From: an uncultured Chloroflexia bacterium
GTDB taxonomy: Bacteria; Chloroflexota; Limnocylindria; Limnocylindrales; CSP1-4
Reading direction: 5' to 3'
Length of the DNA: 64,000 bases
Assembly (NCBI GenBank): GCA_963717255.1
Contig: CAVQVT010000013.1
Span: 96,760 to 160,759, forward strand
The translations under genes were made by a program, and so were the position numbers. Position 1 is the first letter of the stretch. Each line of letters begins with the position of its first letter. A model generated the notes under the pieces. The model was not told the DNA's origin, searched no databases, and was given only the letters and a program-made list of their open reading frames with translations. Positions 56,014 through 64,000 of the stretch are shown piece by piece.

Positions 56014-57204
56014 ATGACCGCCACGATGACCATCCGCACCGGGATCCACGGGACCGTCGCGCCAGGCTACGAGCCGGTGCGCGACGCGTTCGAGGAGAAC
56101 TTCCGCACCCGCGGCGAGCTCGGCGGCGCGTGCGCCGTCTACAGGGGCGGCGAGCGCGTCGTCGACCTGTGGGGCGGCACCCGGGACGCCAGGACGGGTG
56201 CTCCCTGGGAAGAGGACACGATGGTCCTCGTGTACTCGGCCACGAAGGGCATGGCCGCCATGACCCTGGCGCTGGCGCACTCGCGCGGGTGGCTCGAATA
56301 CGACGAGCGGGTCGCCGCCTACTGGCCGGAGTTCGCGCAGGCCGGCAAGGAGCGCATCACCGTCCGCCAGCTCCTCGCGCACCAGGCCGGCCTGTTCGGC
56401 TTCGACGAGAAGGTGGACCGCACCGCGATCGCGGACCCGGACCGCCTCGCCGGGATCATGGCCCGGCAGCGCCCGGAGTGGGAGGCCGGCGATCGGCAGG
56501 CCTACCACGCGATCAGCCTGGGGTTCTACGAGGGGGAGATCGTCCGACGGGTCGACCCCCGGCACCGGACGCTCGGCCGGGTCTTCGCCGACGAGATCGC
56601 CGCTCCCCTCGGCGAGGAGTTCTACATCCGCCTCCCGGAGTCGATCCCGGATTCGCGCCTCGCGCCCCTCGTCCAGCAGAGCGCCGTCCGGGCGATCCTG
56701 GGCCTGCCGCTGCCGATGCTGATCGACGCGCTCAACCCCCGATCCGTCCTCTTCCGGTCGCTCATCTCGAACCCGGGCACGCAGGTCGCGCTCGATCGCG
56801 AGCGCGTCTTCGCGCGCGAGCTCGAGGTCCCCTCGGGCGGCGGCGTGGGGACGGCCCGGGCCATCGCGAAGGCGTACGGCGTCTTCGCCGGCGACGGCCA
56901 CGAGCTCGGTCTCCGAGCCGAGACGCTCGCGGCGCTCCGCGCGTCCGCGATCCCTTCGCGGCACGGGTTCGACGACGCTTGCTTCCATGGCGAGGTCCAG
57001 TTCTCCCTCGGCTTCATGAAGCCCACGCCGAACTGGTCGTTCGGCCACGCGGGGGCGTTCGGCTCCCCCGGAGCGGGCGGCTCGCTCGGATACGCCGACC
57101 CGGCGACCGGCATCGGCTACGCGTACGTGACGAACCGGATGGGGACGTTCGACGGCGACCCCCGCGACGTCGCGCTGCGGCGGGCGCTCGAGCGCGTGGG
57201 CTGA
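56014..57204 (+). CDS. Serine hydrolase, beta-lactamase-like (family VIII esterase)
   Basis: SxxK (SATK), LLAHQAGL, YHA, FG.PGAGGS.GYADP. Confidence 0.9.
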   Translation: MTATMTIRTGIHGTVAPGYEPVRDAFEENFRTRGELGGACAVYRGGERVVDLWGGTRDARTGAPWEEDTMVLVYSATKGMAAMTLALAHSRGWLEYDERVAAYWPEFAQAGKERITVRQLLAHQAGLFGFDEKVDRTAIADPDRLAGIMARQRPEWEAGDRQAYHAISLGFYEGEIVRRVDPRHRTLGRVFADEIAAPLGEEFYIRLPESIPDSRLAPLVQQSAVRAILGLPLPMLIDALNPRSVLFRSLISNPGTQVALDRERVFARELEVPSGGGVGTARAIAKAYGVFAGDGHELGLRAETLAALRASAIPSRHGFDDACFHGEVQFSLGFMKPTPNWSFGHAGAFGSPGAGGSLGYADPATGIGYAYVTNRMGTFDGDPRDVALRRALERVG

Positions 57205-57210
57205 CGGAGG

Positions 57211-57251
57211 CGGCGAGGCCGGCACGGGTCCGCCCCGTGCCGGCCTCGCCG
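57211..57251. terminator. Long hairpin between convergent genes
   Basis: cggcgaggccggcacggg-N5-cccgtgccggcctcgccg. Confidence 0.7.
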
Positions 57252-57265
57252 GCGGGCGCCCGACG

Positions 57266-57613
57266 TCAGGCCGGGCGCGGGAGGAACATGAGCAGGTTCC
57301 AGCCCGCCAGCCCGCCGACCACCACGAGGCGCGCGACCGTCGGCCAGCTCGTCCGCCAGATCCACGCGCCGGCCAGGACGGGGAGGAAGAGGAGCCAGGC
57401 GACGGCCTGGACCACCAGAGGCAGTGATCGCACGCGGCGCCAGGCTGTGTCGATCCGCGCCGGGTCGCGCACGAGCGCGGCCGCGAACGCGAGCCACAGC
57501 CCGCCGAAGACGAGCAGCAGGATCCCGCTGGAGGCGAGAAGCGGGATCGGCGCGGTGACGGCTCCGACGAGCGCGGCGAGCCCGTCGGCCAGGGCGGTGA
57601 CGATGGCGTTCAT
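57266..57613 (-). CDS. Small membrane protein (paralog of 57647-58033)
   Basis: AAGGAG RBS; D.AW..V..LPL.VQAV.WLLFLP...G.W.W.T.WP. Confidence 0.8.
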   Translation of the reverse strand: MNAIVTALADGLAALVGAVTAPIPLLASSGILLLVFGGLWLAFAAALVRDPARIDTAWRRVRSLPLVVQAVAWLLFLPVLAGAWIWRTSWPTVARLVVVGGLAGWNLLMFLPRPA

Positions 57614-57646
57614 CAGCGTGCTCCTTGTCGGTCGCGGCAAAGACGA

Positions 57647-58033
57647 TCACTCGGTGACGGCGGGCGCGGCAGCCTCGCGCCGGGGCAGGAACACGACGAG
57701 ATTCCAGCCGGCGATCCCCACGATGAGGACGAGCCGGACGACGAGCGGCCAGTCGGTCTGCCAGACCCAGAGACCGGCCGTCAGGGGCAGGAAGAGCAGC
57801 CAGACGACCGCCTGGACGGCGAGCGGAAGGCCGGCGATGGCCTGCCAGGCGCGGTCGAGGGCCGCCGGGTCGAGCACGAGCGCGGCGAAGAAGCCCGCCC
57901 AGAGCACGGCGAACCCGACGAACAGGAGCCCCGTGCGGACGAGCACGGGGACGATCCCGGTGACCGGGAGGATGACCCAGCGGACGAGGCGGTCGATGCC
58001 CCGCTCGAACCGGTTCCCTGCGACGACCGTCAT
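57647..58033 (-). CDS. Small membrane protein
   Basis: Same motif as its neighbour; divergent from the TetR gene. Confidence 0.8.
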   Translation of the reverse strand: MTVVAGNRFERGIDRLVRWVILPVTGIVPVLVRTGLLFVGFAVLWAGFFAALVLDPAALDRAWQAIAGLPLAVQAVVWLLFLPLTAGLWVWQTDWPLVVRLVLIVGIAGWNLVVFLPRREAAAPAVTE

Positions 58034-58112
58034 CGCACACCTTCCTCACTGTCGGGCCCGGAGCGGCGACGACGCGGCCGGGCGAATAGGCCGCCGTGGC
58101 GGTGATAGACTG

Positions 58113-58139
58113 TACGGTGTATGATTACCATACAGCGTA
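58113..58139. promoter_or_regulatory. TetR operator-like inverted repeat (two TAC-N3-GTA boxes)
   Basis: tacggtgtatg-N5-catacagcgta (1 mismatch) in the AT-rich divergent intergenic region. Confidence 0.65.
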
Positions 58140-58176
58140 GAGGAATGCAAGTGGTGTCAACGGCGAGGTCGGTGCG

Positions 58177-58962
58177 ATGAAGGAACGCGATGAGGCCGAG
58201 GGGATCCCGGGACCGGCGGACGCGGTCCCGCCTCCGACATGGAGCACCGACGAGGACGCCGCCCCGCCGACCCCGCCCTGGCGTGCCGACTTCCGGCGCC
58301 GCGCGCGGCGCGGCCCGAGTCCCCAGCTCGACCGGGAGCGGATCGTCGCCGCGGCGCTGCGGATCGTGGACGAGGACGGGATCGCCGCCCTCTCACTCCG
58401 GCGCCTCGCCGGCGACCTCCACGTCACCCCGATGTCGATCTACTGGCATGTCACGGACAAGGCCGAGCTGCTCGAGCTCGTCGGCCACGCGGTGCTCGCG
58501 GGGATCGAGCTGCCCGAGCGGACGGGGGACTGGATGGACCAGCTCCGCGAGGTCCATCGGGCGATGCTCGTGGCCTTCCTGCGACACCCGAACACGACCG
58601 ACCTCCTCGTCGGGCGGGCGCGCTTCGGGCCCGGCGGGATCGCGACGTTCGAGCGCATCCTCGCGATCCTCCTCGACGCGGGCTTCACGCCCGAGGGAGC
58701 ATTCGACGCCTACCAGTCGCTCTACCTGTTCACCCTGGGGTTCATGGCGACGTCCACCCGGAGCCCCGAGTTCGTCGCGGTCCAGCGCGCAGGTGCGGCA
58801 TACATGGCCTCGCTGCCAGTCGAGCGCTTTCCCGCGATCCGCGCCGTAACGCCCATCATCGGGCGGCGGTCGCTCGACGAGCAGTTCGAGGTCGGCCTCG
58901 ACACCGTCATCCGGGGCTTGGCCGCGCGACGCGAGCGGGAGCAGGCGGCGGGACGCGCGTGA
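58177..58962 (+). CDS. TetR/AcrR-family regulator (TetR_C type)
   Basis: LDRERIVAAAL, LSLRRLA..L.V.PMSIYWHV.DK, FE.GL..VI.GL. Confidence 0.92.
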   Translation: MKERDEAEGIPGPADAVPPPTWSTDEDAAPPTPPWRADFRRRARRGPSPQLDRERIVAAALRIVDEDGIAALSLRRLAGDLHVTPMSIYWHVTDKAELLELVGHAVLAGIELPERTGDWMDQLREVHRAMLVAFLRHPNTTDLLVGRARFGPGGIATFERILAILLDAGFTPEGAFDAYQSLYLFTLGFMATSTRSPEFVAVQRAGAAYMASLPVERFPAIRAVTPIIGRRSLDEQFEVGLDTVIRGLAARREREQAAGRA

Positions 58963-59925
58963 TGCCACGTCCGCGGATCCGCTCTCGCTCCGGCCGCCCT
59001 CGCACGTGCGCTCGCGCGCCCGGAGCCGTTCGCGCCGCACGACGCGCCCTTCTGGGATGACCCGTGGATCGCCCGCGGGATGCTCGCCGCCCACCTCGAC
59101 CCCGACACCGACGTCGCCAGCCGGCGCCCGGAGACGATCGACGCGACGGTGGACCACCTCGCGCGCGTCCTCCCGCTGGGCCCCGGCGACCGGCTGGTCG
59201 ACCTCGGATGCGGTCCCGGCCTGTACGCCCAGCGGTTCGCGGCACGCGGGGTCTCGGTGACGGGCATCGACCTCTCGGCAGGCTCCATCGCCCACGCGGT
59301 CGAGGCGGCCGGCGCCGCGGGGCTCGAGATCGACTACCGGGTGGGCGACTACACGGCCGACACCCTCGGCGGACCGTACGACGCGGCCACGCTCATCTAC
59401 CTCGACTTCGGCGTGCTGCCCGATGCCCCGCGCGACCGGCTCCTCGGCGCCGTGCGATCCGCGCTGCGCCCGGGGGGTGCCTTCGTCCTCGACGTGCACG
59501 CACCGCCCCGCTGGCGGCCGCCCGACGCGGGGATCCACGTCGAGCGGTCGGACGGCGGCTTCTGGCGCCCCGGCCCGCACGTCGTCGTCGAGACCACCTA
59601 TCGGTTCGGCGACGACGTGGACCTCGCCCAGTACGCCGTGATCGAGGCCGACGCGGTCACGACCTACCGTGTCTGGGACCACGCCTACTCCGCGGCCGCC
59701 CTGCGCGCACTCCTGCGGCGCCACGGCCTCGCCGTCGAGCACGGCTGGGAGGACCTGACCGGGACCTCGCGCCGGCGCTCGTCACCCACGCTCGGCGTCG
59801 TCGCGAGGCGCCTTGGGCGATCCCGCGGCCTCACTGGTCGAGAGGGCCGGCGGGGCGCATACTCGCGGTCCCCGCACCAGGTCGGCGTCCCAGCCGGTCC
59901 GGGGATCACCAGGGAGACGGCATGA
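58962..59925 (+). CDS. Class I SAM-dependent methyltransferase (5' end frame problem)
   Basis: LVDLGCGPGLY, GIDLS, YLDFG. FWDDP lies upstream of the first in-frame ATG (59080); the coupled ATG 58962 is out of frame. Confidence 0.75.
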
Positions 59926-60281
59926 ACCTCAACAGCGTCCTGATCGGATCCGAGGACCCGCAGCGCCTGACCGACTACTTCACGAGGCTCTTCGGCGAGC
60001 CCGGCTGGCACGAGGGCGGATTCAACGGCTGGCAGCTCGGCGGCGGCTTCGTCACGGTGGGGCCGCACGACGAGGTGAAGGGCGCGAACGCGCAGCCCGG
60101 CCGGCTGATCTGGAACATCGAGAGCGCCGATGTGAAGGCCGACTTCGAGCGGCTCACGGCCGCCGGCGCGACGGTCGTCCAGGAGCCCTACCACCCGGGC
60201 GAGTCGCCCGATGCGTGGATCGCCACGTTCAGCGATCCGGACGGCAACTACTTCCAGCTCATGAGCCAGATGTCGATGTAG
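59922..60281 (+). CDS. VOC/glyoxalase-family protein
   Basis: S.DP.RL..Y, DV.A.FERL...GA.VV.EP, ATF.DPDGN.FQL. Confidence 0.88.
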   Translation: MNLNSVLIGSEDPQRLTDYFTRLFGEPGWHEGGFNGWQLGGGFVTVGPHDEVKGANAQPGRLIWNIESADVKADFERLTAAGATVVQEPYHPGESPDAWIATFSDPDGNYFQLMSQMSM

Positions 60282-60338
60282 CCCGCTCCTCGGGCCGGGA
60301 GCGGAGGGGCGAGTGCGGCGTGGCGATCGCCGGCCGCC

Positions 60339-60836
60339 TCACCCCTCCGCCACGGCGAGGATCGCGTCGGTCTGCCCGAGCGCGAGGCGCATGCCCTCCT
60401 CCGCTCCCATCGCGAGCACCTGGTCCATCGTCTCGCGCGACGGGAACGTGGACACCAGGACCATCCGTGTCCCGCCACCCTCGCGTGCCTCGATGCTCAC
60501 GCGCGCGAGCGTCACCGGCAGGCCCGGGTCGGGAGCGCCCGTCTCGTCGCCGAACCCGTCCTCGAAGACCAGTGACGACGGGGGCTCGACCGAGACGATC
60601 CTCCACCACCCCCAGTGGCGATCGCCCTCCGGGCCGGTCATGTAGTACGTCACGGTCCCGTCCTGCGTGAGGTCGTGCGCGACGACGGTCGCCGGGTACA
60701 CGGGCGGGCCCCACCAGCGCTCGAGCTTGCGGGGGTCCGCCCAGAGCTCCCAGACCCGTTCCGGTGCGGCGTCGTACTCCGCGACGAGGGTGAGGGTCAG
60801 GGCGTCGACGTCCCTGCGGACGTGGGTGACGGTCAC
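60339..60836 (-). CDS. SRPBCC (AHSA1-like) domain protein
   Basis: A.PERVW..W.DP..LERWWGP, Y.MTGPEG, MG.EEG; GTGA overlap. Confidence 0.9.
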   Translation of the reverse strand: MTVTHVRRDVDALTLTLVAEYDAAPERVWELWADPRKLERWWGPPVYPATVVAHDLTQDGTVTYYMTGPEGDRHWGWWRIVSVEPPSSLVFEDGFGDETGAPDPGLPVTLARVSIEAREGGGTRMVLVSTFPSRETMDQVLAMGAEEGMRLALGQTDAILAVAEG

Positions 60837-61183
60837 CGGATGGGTCCTCCTGTGGGCTCGGCGAGGACGTCCGCGAAGCGCTCGAGACGGTCCCGCCAGA
60901 TCGTCTCGAGCCGATCGAGCATGCGCGCGGCGTCGCGAACGGCCTGGATCTCCGCCGTCACCAGCTGTTCCCGGCCGCGGCGCCGCTTGCGCACCAGGCC
61001 GGCGCGTTCGAGCACGGCGACGTGCTTCTGCACCGCGGTGAGGCTGATCGGGTAGCGCCGGCCGAGCGCCGACACCGACGACTCGCTCCCCATCACCTCC
61101 TCGACGATGTCGCGGCGCGTGGGATCGGCGAGGGCATGGAACACCAGGTCGGCGCGGTCGCGGTGCGGGTGAGATACAACCAT
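60833..61183 (-). CDS. ArsR/SmtB-family regulator
   Basis: VFHALADPTRRDI, AVQKHVAVLERAGLV, RGRE. Confidence 0.92.
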   Translation of the reverse strand: MVVSHPHRDRADLVFHALADPTRRDIVEEVMGSESSVSALGRRYPISLTAVQKHVAVLERAGLVRKRRRGREQLVTAEIQAVRDAARMLDRLETIWRDRLERFADVLAEPTGGPIR

Positions 61184-61192
61184 CAGGTTGTA
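61175..61192. promoter_or_regulatory. Palindromic ArsR operator overlapping the start codon
   Basis: tacaacc-atca-ggttgta. Confidence 0.7.
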
Positions 61193-61343
61193 GGTTATCC
61201 GCCACGCGCCGGGACGGCAAGCCCCCGCCACGCGATCGACCCGGTCGCGCCGACTCCATCGCCGCGCTTCGGCCGGTGCCGGTCAGCCGGCCCCGGCGCC
61301 CCGGCAGGCAACCGTCCGGGCGCTTCGCCTTCCCCTCCGCGAG

Positions 61344-61904
61344 TCAGGGGGTCTTCTCGATCGAGCCGATGACGCCGTAGGTGAAGGGGTCGGTGCCGGT
61401 CAGGGAGTGCACGTAGGCGGTGAGGCCGACGTAGCCGCCACGCCCCAGGCATACCTGGTCACCCCAGCCGACCTTGCTCTCGCTGGCCCCGCCCCACGCC
61501 GCCTCGCATTCCCACGAGCCCCCGTCGTTCGTGAGGGTCCCGGAGCCGACCGCCATCTCCTGGGGCTGATCCCCGCTCACCGAGGTGATCGAGCCGACGA
61601 CGGGCCCGTTGATCCGCGGATCGTTCGTGGTCCGGTCGCACGACCAGAGGGTGGTGGTGGCCGGGTCGGTGCCCGACGGCGCCGGCCCGGCACGGCAGTG
61701 GTCGGTGCCGGTGAAGATGTCGGGCGCGGCCGCGGGTCCCGTCGAAGCCGCGGCGACCGGGGCCGCGTCCGTGGCGGCGACCGGAGCCGCGTCCGTGGCG
61801 ACGGCCGGGGCGCCCGTCTCCACGGCGCTCGCGTTCGTGCAGGCCGCCAGCAGCGCCGTCAGCACGGAGGCCATCGCGAGGCCGGCCCATCTGGTCCGCT
61901 TCAT
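61344..61904 (-). CDS. Lipoprotein with 'C....DPR..G' beta-rich domain
   Basis: GGGGAG RBS; lipobox LAAC; APVAATDA-like repeats; WSC...NDPRING, GGSWEC, G.GGY.GL. Confidence 0.78.
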   Translation of the reverse strand: MKRTRWAGLAMASVLTALLAACTNASAVETGAPAVATDAAPVAATDAAPVAAASTGPAAAPDIFTGTDHCRAGPAPSGTDPATTTLWSCDRTTNDPRINGPVVGSITSVSGDQPQEMAVGSGTLTNDGGSWECEAAWGGASESKVGWGDQVCLGRGGYVGLTAYVHSLTGTDPFTYGVIGSIEKTP

Positions 61905-61940
61905 CGTCGTCTCCCCATCGCACGTCATCGTGGTCACCAG

Positions 61941-61970
61941 AGAGAGACCCGTCCGCGGTCGAAGTGATTC
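61941..61970 (-). promoter_or_regulatory. ECF-type promoter GAAT-N16-GGGTCT upstream of the lipoprotein
   Basis: Same motif and spacing as 63187-63216. Confidence 0.7.
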
Positions 61971-62013
61971 GGTGATCCGTCGGGCGGAGTGGGGCGGCCG
62001 CCGCCGATCGTCG

Positions 62014-62646
62014 TCATCTCGTCGCCTCCGACGTCGTGGCCAGCACACCCCACGCGAGGCCGTCGGTGCTGAGGAGGTGCAGGTGCAGGACGACCCCGTC
62101 GGCCGTCCCGTCGCCCTCGAGGACGGCGTCGCCGATCGCCAGGCCGTTCGGTGCCGTCGTCACCTGGAGGCCTCCCGTCCAGGTCGCGCCGCCCGCGCGC
62201 AGCTCCATCGCCCCGGGCCTGATGACGCCGGTGCCGGCCTGCGGCAGCTCATCCACGCTGATCCGGACGGTGCCGGCGAGTCGCGGATCCGCCAGCTCGC
62301 TCCGACAGTCCAGCTGGAGCCCGCCCACGTCCGATGTCGTCCACGGAGTGCCCTCGCAGACGATCCGGCCGCGGAGCTGCGCCTCGAAGGGCGACTGCAC
62401 CAGCCGCGGCGCGAGCACGAGCAGGCCGAGGGCGAGGGCGAGGAGCGCCGCCAGGACGATCGCGAGCTGCAGCGCCGGCACCAGCCGGAGGCCGCGCAGC
62501 CCCGGCCACCACGGCAGCCAGCCGAGGCGCTCGGCGGCGGCGACGGTGGCCGCGACCCGCGCGGGATCGACGTCCGTCGGCACGTCGTCGGCGAGCCGTG
62601 CCAGGGAGGCGGCGAGGCGGGCTTCGAACCGGTCGGGCTCAGCCAT
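62014..62646 (-). CDS. Putative anti-sigma factor (single TM, extracytoplasmic 'DPR' domain)
   Basis: Overlaps the sigma gene; N-terminal FE.RL...L..LA helix, TM, then DC...DPRLAG...W.G. Confidence 0.7.
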   Translation of the reverse strand: MAEPDRFEARLAASLARLADDVPTDVDPARVAATVAAAERLGWLPWWPGLRGLRLVPALQLAIVLAALLALALGLLVLAPRLVQSPFEAQLRGRIVCEGTPWTTSDVGGLQLDCRSELADPRLAGTVRISVDELPQAGTGVIRPGAMELRAGGATWTGGLQVTTAPNGLAIGDAVLEGDGTADGVVLHLHLLSTDGLAWGVLATTSEATR

Positions 62647-63178
62647 GGTCCAGGTCCCTGCGCAGGCGCTCGAGCAGCCGGGCCAGCCGGGCCCGGGTCC
62701 CCGATGGTGACATCCCCAGGCGCTCTCCCAGCTCGGTCGAGTCGAGCCCCGCGACATACCGGAGCGCCAGCAGCGCCCGGTCCTCCGGCTTGAGGCGCGC
62801 GAGGGCATTGACGAGGTCCACGCTGTCGATCAGGCCGGCTGGGTCGTGGCCTCCGGGGTCACCCGTGTCGGGTCTGAGCTCCACCACCCGCCCGGGGTGC
62901 TGGCGTCGGATCATCCGGCGGGCCTCGTTGGCTGCGACCGCGACGAGCCAGCCCTTCACGTGATCCGGATCGCGGACCGAGTCGAGCTTCCGCCATGCGA
63001 TCGTCCACGCGGCCTGCACCGCGTCCTGGGCGAGGTCCGGGTCCCCGCACGTGACGTACGCCACGCGCACCATGTCCGCGTGGTACGTGGCCACGAGGCG
63101 CGCGAAGGCGGTCTCGTCGCCCTGCGCTGCCCGCTCGACGACGGTGGACGCGAAGTCGGCCCGGAGGGTCATCACCAC
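62639..63178 (-). CDS. ECF RNA polymerase sigma factor
   Basis: GDE.AF..LV, LAQDAVQ, WL..VA.NEAR, L.PEDR.LL.LRY..GL...E, TR.RL.R. Confidence 0.92.
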   Translation of the reverse strand: MVMTLRADFASTVVERAAQGDETAFARLVATYHADMVRVAYVTCGDPDLAQDAVQAAWTIAWRKLDSVRDPDHVKGWLVAVAANEARRMIRRQHPGRVVELRPDTGDPGGHDPAGLIDSVDLVNALARLKPEDRALLALRYVAGLDSTELGERLGMSPSGTRARLARLLERLRRDLDHG

Positions 63179-63186
63179 TTCGCACT

Positions 63187-63216
63187 AGAGAGACCCATCA
63201 CCCGGCGAAGCAATTC
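63187..63216 (-). promoter_or_regulatory. ECF-type autoregulatory promoter GAAT-N16-GGGTCT
   Basis: Minus strand tgaattgcttcgccgggtgatgggtctctct, directly before the sigma gene. Confidence 0.7.
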
Positions 63217-63479
63217 ACGCCTTCCCGGGGATCGCATCGTGCGCCCGGGTGCGCCCCGCGGCCAGAGGCATCGGTCACGGCGGGCGGCGCGCTCACCGCG
63301 ACGACGCCGGCGACCGGCACCTGGCGCGCCCGGAGTGGATTCGGGCCCGCGCGAACCACTGCGTGACGGTCACTCCAGCTCGGGGTCCACGGGAGGCTTG
63401 CCTGTTCCTGTGGGTAGTGGGCGTGAGCCCTGCGGCCGTGTGAGGGGCGCGGGTGGATGCGACCCGGCGGCCGAGGGCC

Positions 63480-63986
63480 TCAGGCCCAGAGATCGACCTG
63501 GGGGAGGCCGGCGGCCCCAAGCGCCTCGTTCAGCTCGGCGGAGTGGTAGACGTCGTGGCTGAAGACGCGCTGGATCACCCAGCCGCGCGTGTGGACCCAG
63601 TCCGGGCCGTAGTCCTCGCGGCGGATCTCCTCGGCGAGCACGTCGACCGTCCATCGGTCGAGGACGCCCTCGACGATGCGGAAGGTCGCGTCGAGCGCCT
63701 CGACAAGGTCGGCCGCGCTGAGCGGATGGTCGAGGTCCTCGTCCCCCGGGCACACGTGCGCGGCGTCCGTGAACGGCGTGGTCGCCGCCCCGGGCTCGCC
63801 TGCGAAGTCGCAGAGCCAGAAGACCCGCTGGCAGGCGAGGTGGCCCACGGTCGCCCAGATCGGCCAGCGCTCCGGCGACGGGCGGATCGCGAGCTGCTCG
63901 TCGGACATCGTCGCGACGACCTCGCGCAGGCGCCGGTCATACGTCGACCATACGCTGAAGGCGGGACGGATCGTGGTGTCGCTCAT
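63480..63986 (-). CDS. DinB-family protein
   Basis: WPIWATVGHLA, HDVYHSAEL. Confidence 0.85.
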   Translation of the reverse strand: MSDTTIRPAFSVWSTYDRRLREVVATMSDEQLAIRPSPERWPIWATVGHLACQRVFWLCDFAGEPGAATTPFTDAAHVCPGDEDLDHPLSAADLVEALDATFRIVEGVLDRWTVDVLAEEIRREDYGPDWVHTRGWVIQRVFSHDVYHSAELNEALGAAGLPQVDLWA

Positions 63987-64000
63987 GGCGTCCACGGTAC

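Noticed and set aside
63386-63442. Third riboswitch-like segment (cacgggaggc...gagcc...ccgtg)
   Set aside because: Lacks the kink-turn GA, the pseudoknot and the ACCGACC tail, and has no downstream gene on that strand.

Overview
Very GC-rich bacterial chromosomal segment with about 60 genes. The gene content suggests Chloroflexota or Actinomycetota (inference only). I see no intact tRNA, rRNA, CRISPR array, integrase or transposase. Recognisable genes include an OmpR/BaeS-type two-component pair, two MggS-like GT4 glycosyltransferases, a divergent Pat acetyltransferase/AcuC deacetylase pair, HtpX, two large ATP-binding LuxR regulators, aqpZ, mscL, asnS, a hoxEFUYH [NiFe]-hydrogenase operon, a Mop-like molybdoenzyme, an ABC-2 exporter, MttB-family and adenosine-deaminase-family genes, and an ECF sigma cassette. 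The most notable observations are: (1) two dispersed copies of a kink-turn/pseudoknot RNA matching the c-di-GMP-II riboswitch fold with a variant (G-A-G) pocket, each leading an uncharacterised envelope gene; (2) a secreted protein with four near-identical 19-aa cores directly after a STAND-LuxR regulator; (3) an orphan TadA/CpaF ATPase fused to a degenerate Rid domain; (4) an ECF sigma/anti-sigma/lipoprotein module with a shared promoter motif and apparently paralogous extracytoplasmic domains; (5) HoxF fused to a GltD/NfnB-like NADP(H) module. Three apparent single-base frame problems may be assembly errors. All calls come from reading motifs by eye; no database searches were run.
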